From positions 28,706,001 through 28,770,000 of the forward strand of contig OZ024756.1 of NCBI GenBank assembly GCA_964016885.1: a stretch of DNA of 64,000 nt. The letters run 5' to 3'. Numbering within the stretch: position 1 is the stretch's first letter; the number at the start of each line of letters is the position of its first letter. Both the position numbers and the translations under genes were made by a program. Positions 29,701-43,700 of this stretch are shown here, one piece after another. The stretch comes from Eledone cirrhosa. Lineage: Eukaryota. The notes beneath the pieces are model-generated. The model was not told the origin of the DNA. It saw only the letters and a list, made by a program, of their open reading frames with translations, and made no database searches.

Positions 29701-32700
29701 CCTTTGCAAGCAGGGAAAAACGAACAGCAATTTGACAGCAATTAGCTGTTTTATTGGCTGTTCTAGTGATGAGTTTTCTCATTTATGTATTCAAATACAC
29801 TCGCTTCGTCTCGATCAAAAACCTAGTTAGCTTTGTTGTGTATTTTCTTACTTTAAATGAACATTCTCAGTATTTCTGTCTTCCTATATTTTTTCCAGAT
29901 TCATGAACGAGATCAAGAGACAGACTTCTGCATTCTAATTGTCAGAAAATTCCTTCGTTCAAATTCTAAAGGGATTCGAGTAAGTGTTTTTGGTTTTTGG
30001 GACTGTACTTTACAACTTAAAATATATCTTTGATATTTATTACAAATTTCCACTTGGTTGGTTTAATAATTGAATGATTGTTTATTTATTGTCAAAGTTC
30101 TTTCGTCATACAATCTGTGACCTTCTCAGTGACTAATTTGTTATTTTGTGTCTCTCTTTTGTTCTGTCTTACACCATCTTGTTTTTGTGTTTCGGGTGCT
30201 GTGTATTTGGGTTGTGCATGCGTTATATCCAAAGTGTGTATTATTATTTATTTATATTGGCAGTATCGGTAGAGGGTCAGACGCCATGCTTTGGCGCATA
30301 GAGTTACGGCCCTTGCCATTCTGAGTTCAAATCCCGCCGAGGTTAACTTTGCCTTTCATCCTTACGGGGTCGATAAAATAAAGTACCAGTAATACACTTG
30401 GTAATTGCTGGCCTTGTGCCAATAGTTGAAACAATTATTTATATATATATATAAACATATATATAAATATACATACAGAGAGAGAGAGAGAGACTGTGTG
30501 AGAGGATGCCAATAAGGAAAAGTGGAATGTTAAACAATGATGATCTTATATCTCTCTCTCTATATATATATGTGTGTGTATATATATATATATGAATGAA
30601 TTTATCTCAATATTTTGTATATCAATATAAATTCATTCCTTTTTTTTAATCACTTCTTATGGCATGTAGGTTATTATCATTTTTTAACGTCCATTTTCCA
30701 CGATAGCATGGGTTAGATGGGTTTGTCCCATCTAACTGTTTCTGGCTGGTTTTCTATGGCTGGATGCCTTTCCTAATGCCAACCACATTTACAGTGGGTT
30801 GGGTGCTTTTTGTTATGACACCTATACGACCACTTTACAGTGTGGGCTGTAAAGTATTCTTTAATGTCTTAAATATCTCTGTTCTTACCTTGTAGATGAT
30901 TCTGATGTCTGCTACACTAGATTCAGAAATGTTTGCTAATTACTTCGCTCTTCCTGTCCGAAATACACTCGATCCTGCTCCCATAATCACGATTGACGGT
31001 AGTTGTTATAGTGTGTCTGAATACTATGTGGAGGATTTGTCACGCTTGGGAACTGTAAGTACACATTTTAACCCTTTTGATACCAACCCAAACCCCACCT
31101 TTAACCCTTTAGCATTTACATTACTCTATGTTTACTATTGTATTTTTGTGGTAAAGGCTTTATCTTACATAATTAACTCACTAAATATTGAATCTATGAG
31201 ATTTTGATATTATTTATTTTGAAGACAATATCTTAACATCAGTATAAGTGGCCAGTTACGGCCAGTTTGAACAGAACGAGGTGAGAGAATCCTGGCCAGA
31301 TATGGCCGGTTTAAATGCTAAAGGGCTAAACTACACCATCTCCCTCTGCTTTTATCGTACTTTACATTAAAGCATTCTTTCATCATCATCATCATCATCA
31401 TTTAATGTGTTTTCACTGCTAGCAAGGATCATATCAACCCCACTACTTAGTCTTTTACTGGTGTTAGTCATTATGCTGGGGCCACTGTCATAAAAGGATT
31501 TAGTCAATCATGCCAACCCCAGTACTTATTGTTTCAAGTATTGTATTTATTTTGTCAAACCGCTGAGTTACAGTATACGGACATACTCACATACACACAT
31601 ACACACATACACACATACACACATATGTATGAATAGTGTCTATTTTCCATGCTTGCATAGGTTATCATGTACTGAGGCCAAACTGGTCACCACCACCACC
31701 ACCTCCAATCATTACTACTACATCCACTGCCACCACAACCACCAAACACCACTGCCACAACCAGTCACTACCATCTCCCCCACCGCCACAGCAACCACCA
31801 CCACAAACATCAAACACAACCGCTACCAATGCAGACTCCTCTACCATCAACACAACCACCACAACCTCCACTACCATCACCATAACCACACCCACCACCA
31901 CCACCAATACAGACTCCACTATCATCACCACAACCACCACTACAAACACCAAACACCACTGCCACAACCACTACCACCACTACCATCACCACTACCATCA
32001 CCACCACCACTACCATCACCACCACTACCATCACCACAACCACCACCACAAACACCAAACACCACTGCCACAACCACTACCACCACTACCATCACCACTA
32101 CCATCACCACCACCACTACCATCACCACCACCACTACCATCACCACCACTACCATCACCACAACCACCACCACCACAACCACCAGCAATACCAAGTGTTG
32201 TTAGTGTCCCCATCTCTCTATATATATATATAATTATTAGGTTCAACAGTTAGATCCAGACAACCCACACATTACTGCTGAGACTCAACAACTTGCTGTG
32301 AACTTAATTAAACATTTTGACACATTTGAAGTCAAAGAACAAGGGTAAGTAGCTGTCATTTGATCCCTAGGGGTGGGGTGAGGAAAAATGACCTTTGATT
32401 GATGCTTTAAGATGGAGAGAAAGTAACCGTCATTTGATGCCCTTGGTGTGGGGGAGAAAGTAGGTTTTCATTGATGCTCTAAGGTGGGGGAAGGGAGAAA
32501 GTAGCTTTTGATTGATCCCCTGGGGTGGGGGGCAGGGATAAAGTAGCTTTTGATTGGTGCTCCTGGGTGGGGGTAGAAAGCTTTCATTTGAGGCTCTGGT
32601 GTGAGAGTGGGGAAAAGTAGCCTTTAGTTGATGCTCTAGGGTGGGGAGAAAGAAAGTAGCTTTCATTTGATGCCCTAGGGGTGGTAGTGGGGGTATAAAC

Positions 32701-32961
32701 ATGTCCAATTTCTTTTGTAGTTAACATATCTGCATTGAAGCAGCTTACATCAAGCTAACATTTATTTATTTATTTAATCTAGAAATGATCCTCATTCTGG
32801 ACAACAGCCTATTTGTGGAAGTGTTCTGATTTTCTTGCCAGGTATGTATTGAAACTGTCATCATCATCACCATCATCATAGCTTTCACCACCACCATCAT
32901 GATGATGATCATCATCATCATTGTATCTTTCACCACCATCATTGAAGCTTTCACCATCATT

Positions 32962-32999
<38 letters not shown>

Positions 33000-34723
33000 T
33001 ACCATCATCATCATCATCTTCATTGTCATCATCATCATTTCCGCCTTGATCATTATCTCTTTCACTTTCATTATCATCATCATCCTCTTCATCATTATCA
33101 TCATTATGTCATCATAATTGCCAACTTCAACTTCAACATCATCATCACCAACATCAGCACTATCACCATTGTCAGCACCACCTTCAGCACCACCACCAGT
33201 ACCACCACTATCATCATCATCACCACCACCACCATAACCATCATCATCGTAATTTCCCATGTTTCCTCTATTGCCATTCTAAAATGTAACTAATCTTTGT
33301 GTATCCCAAGTGTAGTAAATACTGCAGGACATGAGACAATCTGTGAGACTGTCTAACAATTAATTAACACTTTCATCACCGTAATCCTAATGAAATGCAC
33401 AGTATTTCAGTTAATTAGTGAAGAATTTGGAGGAGAATTTTTTAGAAAAACAATCTCTTTTTGTCCTTATTTCATCCCTATTTTGTCATTTAGCCCTTTA
33501 GCATTTAAACCAGCTGTATCCGGCCAGAATTCTCTCACCTCATACTGTTCAAACTCACTGTAACTGGCCACTCATACTTATGTTAACGTATTGTTCTCAA
33601 AATAAATAACATCAAAATCTCGTAGATTTGATATTATGTGAGATTATGTAAGATAAAGCCTTTACCACAAAAATACAATAGTATATATAGAGTAATGTAA
33701 ATGCTAAAGGTTTAAACCGGCCATATCTGGCCAGAATTCTCTCACCTCGTACTGTTCAAACTGAGTGTAACTGGCCACTCATACTGATGTTAAGGTATTG
33801 TTCTCAAAATAAATAATATCAAAATATTATGTGAGGTAAAGCCTTTACCATGAAAATACAATGGTATATATAGAATGTAAATGCTAAAGGGTTAAACACT
33901 TTTTTCAACTAAAATAAATAAGAAAATTTGATTGGAATGTCTTTTACAGGTTTGGCTGATATTGATAAACTCTATGACAAGCTGAAATCTCTGCCAGGTC
34001 AACATAGGTTTGTTTCTTCATTTTATTTCTCATTTTTCAATTAAAATACAATATAATGCATATCTTCATCATCATCATCATGTGCACCCAATACACATTG
34101 GAAATGGGTTGGTGTCAGGTAGGACATCCGGTTGCAGAAATGATACCTAACTGGAAATTATGAGCAAGACATGGCCATCTGACATTTCTCTACTCTTCAC
34201 AACACGACAACCCATCCAACCTATGCCAGCATAGAACATGATCGTAAAATGGGGATGATGATGTTGATCATATATATGACTTATTGGCCTGTATATATAT
34301 AGAGAGAGAGCACTCAGCACACACTGTAAATCTGGTTGGCGTTAGGAAAGGCATCTAGTCATAGAAACCTAGCCAGGAACAGTTCTATATGAGCAAGACA
34401 AGGTCACCTGACCCAACTTGCCTCTAATGGGACAACCCATCTAATCCATGCTAGCATGGAAAATGGACGTTAAACGATGATGATGATGATGATGATGATG
34501 ATATATATATATATAATACATTATAAAGAAAGAAGAAACATTAGATATAATTAATAAGATATACCATACCCAAATTCCTTCATTAGTCCTCGACTACGTA
34601 GTTTCGTGGCATATTATGCAAAAACACTACATCACAGAGATACAGTATTTTTGTGAGGTTTGCCGACTTATCAAGAGGATACCTCATTTAGAGTTTCAAA
34701 ACACATCCGTAGGACGCGAGATA

Positions 34724-34777
<54 letters not shown>

Positions 34778-37700
34778 CTACCAAAACTTATGGATGTCAA
34801 GTCTGAGAAAATCACAGACTTGCACTTTATCACCTGTAGAAAAACCTCAAAGATTCTAAGGAATAAATCCAAGCATTTATTAAAAGTTGATTGACTCATA
34901 TATATATATATATATATAAACATATCAAATATTGACAGGGGATAATTTGTAAAGAGTGCAATAACACTTAGTTACAGAGCTATGATATTAAAATTTAACA
35001 AAAACTTCATATATGTATGTCAAATTAAAACCATAGAACAACCACTGTATCATAGACACCCTATATATTTCCAGGGGTACTTAGTACCTGTGGGGATATT
35101 AACTTCTTTTATATATATATATATATACCTGGTGATAAGATATATATATATGAAGTATATATGATGATGGTTAGACAATAGCTAATGTTTTCCTCCCCAA
35201 CTCTTCTGTATATACCATTATCCCATTACACCACCATCCTACTACACAACTATGCCACTACACCACCATCCTACTACACCATTATCCCATTACACCACCA
35301 TCCTACTACACAACTATGCCACTACACCATTATACCACTACACCACCATCCTACTACACCATTATCCCAGTACACCACCATCCTACTACACAACTATGCC
35401 ACTACACCACCATCCTACTACACCATTATACCACTACACCACCATCCTACTACACCATTATACCACTACACCACCATCCTACTACACCATTATACCACTA
35501 CACCACCATCCTACTACACCATTATACCACTACACCACCATCCTACTACACCATTATACCACTACACCACCATCCTACTACACCATTATACCACTACACC
35601 ACCATCCTACTACACCATTATACCACTACACCACCATCCTACTACACCATTATACCACTACACCACCATCCTACTACACCATTATACCACTACACCACCA
35701 TCCTACTACACCATTATACCACTACACCACCATCCTACTACACCATTATACCACTACACCACCATCCTACTACACCATTATACCACTACATTATCGTCAG
35801 CAAGTATATCTCCTGCAACTGTAATTATATCCTAGTTTATTTTTTCAATTCTACAGATTGGTTCTTATGCCGTTACATTCATTAGTGACAATTGACGAAC
35901 AAAACAAAGTGTTTCTACCAACGTCACCTGGATATCGGAAGGTATACACTAATTAATCCTTTTATTTGCTACAGAAATTATGTTAGTTTTAGTCCTACCT
36001 GCCTATTTACTGAGTTATATCTAGTTTATATGGTTATATCTAGTTATAGCTGGTTATATCCAGTTACAGCAAGTTATATCCCTCCATATGAAGTTATAGC
36101 TTGTTATATGGTAGTTTATAGCTGGTTATATCCAGTTGTAGCAGGTTAAATCCAGCCATATCAAGTTATAGCTAGCTATATCTAATTATATGGTAGTTAT
36201 ATCTAGTTATAGCTGGTTATATCCAGTTATAGCAGGTTAGATCCAGCCATATCAAGTTATAGCTAGTTATATGGTAGTTATATCTAGTTATATCCAGTTA
36301 TATCTGGTAATCCAGTGGGAAAGTGAACCATTCTTGAGAAGTAGTTTCCAGTAGCCTAGTGTTCCAGAATCTTTTTGTTATAGTTTTGTTTTATATTACT
36401 AGGTTATTCTTTCTACGAATATTGCGGAAAGTTCTATCACGGTGCCTGATATCAAATATGGTAAGTATTTCTAAAATATTTTTTTTTCTTCTTCACTCAC
36501 TTATTCCTGAAAGGGTCATGGGGGCAGAGTCCTCCACACTTCTTTAAGCTGGATCCCCAAATGAGACTAGCCAAGCTCATGGATGTTATCCAACCATCTT
36601 GCTTGGGGTCTACCCTTCGGTCTCCAATGGGTGACAAGGTTGGTCCTTTGAATTACTGCTACAAGCCATCCAATTGACTTCCAAACAGTTTCTATATATC
36701 TAGTTTCACTAACAAGGCATGAGTTGACCCAAGGCAATGATAAATGACACTTGTTCAAGATACCACACTGTGGGATTGAAGCTGAGGCCTAATAATTGCA
36801 AAAACAAACTTCTTAACCATTTGGCCATGCTTAAATTACCTACATACGTGTATATGTTTTGTTATTTTAGATATCTATATAGGGCAGGTAAAATTCCTGA
36901 GATCCATGGACGAGTTCTCTCCAGCGGTCTCTGTCCCTCATCATCACTGCCATGTCCTGCGTCTCCAAGAGACCGGTATCTGTCCTTAGGGCATCAACAT
37001 ATGTCAACCTCGGTCTCCTTCTAGTGTGTCCGTGCAGGGGCAAGCGCAGAAATGCTATAAATATAGCTTATAAAATAGGGTGAAGACCCTTAAAAGACGG
37101 AAAAAGAAGTAGCCATCGGCTGCTTTTAAGGGTGTTCACCCTATTTTATAAGCTATCTTTATGGCATTTCTGCGCCTGAGCACTTTAATTATATTTATAT
37201 ATATATATATATTCTCAGCGCTTCAAAAAGCCGAAAATTCGGCATTGTACATTATTTGATATAATAATTAGATATAATTAACCTTTGACGCCGTCGTTAA
37301 CAATAGAGTAATCTCCCCTTAATACATAATGCACTGTCAAGGGAAGTAATTCATTAAAAAAATTCAGTGTGCTAAAGATTAATAACTATTACATTTATTT
37401 CCACAGTTATAGATTTCTGTTTGACCAAGAATTTGATGTGTGATTCCCAGACAAACTTCACCAGTTTGCAGTTAGATTGGGCATCCAAAGCTAACTGTAT
37501 TCAACGAAAAGGTAAAGTAGTCAACATTGACATATATATTTGGTAGAGTGTAGAAAAATACTTAGGTCCACCTCACCTCCTACATTTTGGTATTTTACTT
37601 TGTAAGTTGGTTGTGCTAGTGCCATGAGAAAAAGTATCCAACCCACCCTGTAAAAAGTTATATTGGTGCCATAACAAAAAGTCCCCTGTCCACTCTGTAA

Positions 37701-40700
37701 GGTGGTCGTACTGGTGCCTTAACAAAAAGCACCCAGTCGACAGTGTAAGGTGGTCATACTGGTGCCAAAACAAAAAGCACACAGTTCACACTGTAAGGTG
37801 GTCGTACTGGTGCCACAACAAAAACACTCAGTCAACCCTGTAAGGGGGCAGTGCTGCTTCCACAACAAAGAGCATCCATTCTACTCTGTAAGGGGTTAAT
37901 GCTGATGCCATGACACTAAGCTCCCATTCTACCTTTGTAAGGTGGTAGTGCTGGTACCACAAAAAGCTGAAAGATGGTAGTGTTGGTGCCACAAACAAGG
38001 TCTGAGTACATGCAGTCACACTGTCATCATCATCTTCATCATTGATTAACGTCCATCTTCTATGCTAGCATGGGTTAGACAGGTCCCATTTAGAGGCAAG
38101 TTGTGTTGGGTGACCGTGTCTCGCTCATATAGGGGTGTTTCTGGCTGGATGCCAACCACATGAACTGTGTGCTGGGTGCTTTTTGCCGTGCCTTTTACAT
38201 GTCCACTTTACAGTGTGGGCTGGGTGCTTATTATTTGTAATTATTCTAATGTTCTTAAATTCTTTAAAAAAAGTCATTAAATATCATGATGATTTTGATG
38301 ATAATGGTGGTGATGATAGTGGTGACGATGATGATGATCGTGTTGGTGGTGATAATAATGAGATTTGTCTATTTTTATTTGCAGGTCGTGCTGGCCGTGT
38401 ATCCAATGGTCGTGTATATCGTCTCATCACTCGTACCTTCTGGCATAACCATATTCCAGATTACAACACTCCAGAAATGCAAGTAAGTCCCCTAATTTTC
38501 TATTGATTGATGAGTGATTTACCTCCTTGCTAGTTAACATTTTAACCCTTTAGCATTTACATTACTCTATATATACTATTGTATTTTCATGGTAAAGGCT
38601 TTATCTGACATAATATTGAATCTATGAGATTTTTATATTATTTATTTGGAGAAGAATACCTTAACATCAGTATGAACGGCTGGTACAGAAAGAGGTGAGA
38701 GAATTCTGGCCGGATATGGCCGGTTTAAATGCTAAAGGGTTAAGGTAGGGGGTTATTGGCTGTGGATTGGCAGTAAAACTTTCAAAATTTGTTAATTACT
38801 GTATTTACCGGCACCGAAGACGCTTCTTCCTCAAGGATCCACCCTAATTTTGACAACCAAAAATTTGAAAAAAATAATAAACAACCTTCGGCCTCCAGCA
38901 CACACGGTAGATTTTTGAGACTTATTTTAGGGGAAAAGTAGTGTCTTTGACGCCGGGAAATACGGTAATTGAGATAGTAACAAAAGGGTTAATGGATTCA
39001 TAATTAAATTAAAATCTTCCAAAATAATTTAATATAAGAACCATATGTTAAGTTACTGTCTTAATAATTAAGTGATAATTTTAGTAAATCCCATAACTTT
39101 CTTCATTAATTAATTGAATTAGTGTGTATTTGTATTTCGTTAAAAATATGATCATGAAAGTCTTAACATAATTTCATTTTTAGAGATGTCCCTTGGATTT
39201 GTTAGTGTTACAAACAAAAATCCTTGACTTAGGTGAACCTAAAGCTATCCTAGGACTTGCCCTTGCTCCTCCAAACCTGGATGATATCGAGAGGACCATC
39301 TTAGACTTAAAAGAAGTAAGCTTTCTTTGTTTTCTGTTACTTTAAAAAACTCTGATGTTGAGCTTATTTATCATGACCTTTAATATTCATCATTGTCGTT
39401 GTCATTTTTGTGTCTGCTTCTCCATGCTTGCATGGGTTGAACAGGTCCTTCTCAGCACAGCATCTCTTCACTTATTGTGTTCCTTTGCCACTGTGATTTC
39501 CTTGGTTTACCTCTACTTTGGCTTCCTTCTTCTGGGATTTCCTGGCACGTTTTCACCCAGCTCTAACTGTAAATAAAACTGTACCAGTGTTATACTGAGG
39601 GTTATTTCAATTGAGGATGTTCACTTTTTATTACATTAGAAGAAAAATAATTGGGCCATACAGAAAAAAAAATAAAGGAAATATTATTTTACAGCAATTT
39701 TTCTATGCTGGAATGGGCTGGCTAGCTCACACCATCATCATCGTTTAACATCCATTTTTCCATGCTAGCATGAGTTAGACGAACACGGCTCATACAGAAC
39801 TGTTTCAGGCTTGCTTTCTATGCATCATCAGATCTCCTACACTACGCACTTCACACTATGCACTCTAGTATCTTCCAGCAGGCTATCAATGTGATTTCCT
39901 TTATGTCTACCCCTGTTTGTTGTTTGTGTATACTTCTGATGGTTCCCACAGAACCAGGTCTCTTGCTGTCTCTGCATGGTAACGAACGCACTGACCTCCA
40001 AATATCATACATCTCCCCTTCCTCTTCTTCCTTATCTTGATGCCATGCTACTGTTTATTGTAGATTGGTGCACTTGCTCTCACATTGAATGGTGTTCCTA
40101 ACAGATACGACGCTGACCTCACATACATGGGCCGGGTTATTGCTTCACTTCCAACCGACATAAGAATTGGTAAATTACTTGTGTGGGGTCATGTCTTTGG
40201 CTTCCTCAAAGAATGTTTGATTCTTGGTAAGTCTCATATAACATCTTTTTCTCTACTATTAAGCCTTTCATTACCATATTTTTAATGAAAGGCACTGTTT
40301 ATATTTTGAAAATAATTAAGAATTAAACTTATTGAGAGACACTGGTCAGAAATACTTACAGATGTTAGTATTGTAGGTCATAATATTGAGAGACACTGGT
40401 CATAAATACTTACAGATGTTAGTATTGTAGGTCATAATATTGAGAGACACTGGTCATAAATACTTAGAAATGATATTAGCTACTGATTTGAGACAGAACA
40501 TAGAAACAGGAAAGTGTTAAATACTTGGTATGTCTCTCATTAGTTAGTTTATTGTTGTATGTCTTTTAATGTTATTTATAATGTTTAACCCTTTGGCATT
40601 TAAACCGGCTGTATCTGGCCAGAGTTCTCTCATCTCTTTCTGTTCAAACTAGCCGTAACTTGCTACTCATACTGATGTTAAGGTATTGTTCTCAAAATAA

Positions 40701-43700
40701 ATAACATCAGAATCTTATAGATTTGATATCATGTGAGATAATTATGTGAAATAAAGCCTTTACCGTGAAAATACAATTATAAATATAGAGTAATGTAAAT
40801 GCTAAAGGGTTAATAATATCATTGAGACTGAATTAGCAGAGTCATTAGAACATTAAATAGAATGCTTTGTGGTATTTGTTCTGGTTCTCTGTTCTCTGAG
40901 TTCAAATCCCACTGAGGTCAACTTTGCCTTTCATCCTTTCAAGGTTGATAAAAAAAAGGCAGTCAAGTACTGGCGTTGATTCTTCCTCTATATATATCTT
41001 TCATTCTTCCTTTCCTTCTCTGGAAGAAATTGGCTGTTTTCCGACTTAGAGAATGGATAGGCTTCACAAAGTTTTAAAACATGTCTGAGCCCAGCCGTAT
41101 ACGGCAGCACTCAGGAGTTATGGGTCCATACATACAATACTATCATTTATATTAAAATGTTAGTTTTAAATCTTTTAATTGGAAACGTTTTGTCTTCTGT
41201 AGCTGCAGCATTATCATTAAAAAGTTTGGTATCTCGGCCCTACAAGAAACACCTAGAATCTTATCAGTAAGTACTTCATTTCATTCCAATTATTATTATT
41301 TTAGAGCTATGGATTGGCAGTATCGGTTAAGCATCGAACAACATTTTGCAGCATAGAGTTACAACCCTTTTTTTTAATGTTCTGAGTTCAAATCCAACCG
41401 AGGTTAGCTTTGCCTTTCATCCTTACAGGGTCGATAAAATAAAGTACCAGTAATGCACTTGGGTCTTTGGTCGATTTAATCAACTTCCCTTCCCGTAAAA
41501 TTGTTGGCTTTGTGTCTAAATCAGAAGCCATTATTATGGAGCTGCTCTTTCTCTGTATTGAGAGATTACAACTCTGGTACTACAGATGTGTTGGAAATAA
41601 CTGCTGGCCAGATTTTATTGGCAAAGTCAACTGGCAGGAAACTCTGACGTAGATCATCAGCATGATGGTTGCATTAACATCCATATACTTGGTTGTTCTC
41701 ATTTGGGGGTGGTTGCTTCTGGTAAGACCCTCAAGAAAGCAAATCTGAGGACTCTGCCACCATGAACCTCTCAAAAAGAAGAAGAGGAATAAAAACCTTT
41801 GTTAAGTTCACGAAACACCAGCTTAATAACGAGGAAGCTAATTTGATTATTACTCAATCCCTCCAAATTCTTGATTATTTACAAAATTATTTGAAAACCA
41901 TAGCCATTAGGAATATGGTAATAAAAGGGTTAAAGTGTTTATATTTCAGTAAGACCCTTCTGTTATATTATAATTCCATGTAAGAAACTTAGTCAAATTT
42001 TGCACCAACACCAGCTTAATAATGAGAAAGTTAGTTATATTATTAAATCCCTCCAAATTCTTAATTATTTACAAAACTATTTGAAAACTGTAGATATTAA
42101 AAATATGGTAATCATCATCATCACTGTTTAATCTCCATTTTTCCATGCTTGCATGGGTCAGACAGGTCATCTGCGTCGAGAGATAAGTCTGGCCAGGATT
42201 AGCCACACCGTACCTTGCTCTGGGACTGTAAATATGGCCGGGGTTTTTACAGCTGGATGCCCTTCCTAACACAAACCACATTTACAGTGTGGGACTAATA
42301 GAAGGCTTAATTCTGGTTGTTTTATTTTCTACAGACGTAAATTCAGCTGGGCTGATGGCTCTTTTAGTGATTGCATTGCCACTGTAAATATCTATAAGGT
42401 AAGATATATTTTTTACTTCTTCCTTATTTTCTAATGGGTTGTACTTAATTGTTGTTGTATAACCACAGGTCATCCTTGATCCAGTAGACCTATGATACAA
42501 GGCATTCTAGCTGTGATCACATTGTCTATTTTTTATATAGCTATGCTGTATTTAGGGTTATGTATGGTAAGGCTGTTGGGTGTAATATGAGAGAAATTTA
42601 GCTGCTATTTCTAGCAGATCGTGCATCCATATGAGATTAATCCTAGTCCACACTGTAAAGTGGTTGTGTAGATGTCAGCAAAAAGCACCTAGTCCACACC
42701 CGCTCAGGAGTAAGTGGGCGAAGAAGAGGAAATAATAAATGAATGAATAGATAAATAAATGTACAAATAAATAAGTAAGTAAAATCTTTGTTTCTATTTT
42801 ATCAGGTCTGGGAAAGAAATTGTGCTTACGGTATATTCAAGAGACGTGGGCAGTCAGAAGTGGAATGGGGAAAAGCAAATTTTGTACAGATACGAAGAAT
42901 ACACGAGGTAAGGATCTTCATTTCAGCAATAATGTCATTCTCTTAACCCACCATCATCTTCATCATCATCATCATCATTATTATTATCATGTCCAACCCA
43001 TGCAAGCAAGGTCTGGTTTTTATCCTCCTTTATATACATATCATCATCATCTCAGTTTTACATCCATTCTTCCACGCTAGCATAGGTTAGATGAGTTGTC
43101 CTGTTGTGGGCCATGTAAGGTCAGTGAACTGATTTTGGTTGATTTCTACATCTGTGCGCATGTGTATATATATATATATATATGTAGGAGGTGAGTTTTA
43201 TTGTATATATGTGAACTAAATGAGAAATTAGGAATAAGAGGGATCAGATGCTGTTTACACAAGAGAAGACTACGTTGGTATGGTCACGTGATGCGCATGA
43301 AAGACGACAGCTGTATAAAAAAGTGCAGGGCGATCAAAATAGACGGTAGCTACGGAGTAGGCAGACCCAGAAAAACCTGGGACGACTTGATAAATTCCGA
43401 CCTCACACACTTACACCTCTCCAAGACAATGTCACTGGACCGAGATCTTTAGCGCTACGCCGTAATACAGAAGACCCGCCTTGCCTAAGTACAAAGCGAA
43501 ACCTACAGTCAGTAGGCACCTCTTCACAAAAATACATCCCTGTCCCACTACCCCTACCCCCACGCCATCTACACCACCCCTTTCGATGTAAAGCTATGTT
43601 GGTACCACAGCATCCAGTTCTAAATAAATGAGGTCGTGTAGGTGTCACGACAAAAAAACACACAGTCCTCGCTGTAATGTGGCCGTGTAGGTAACACGGT

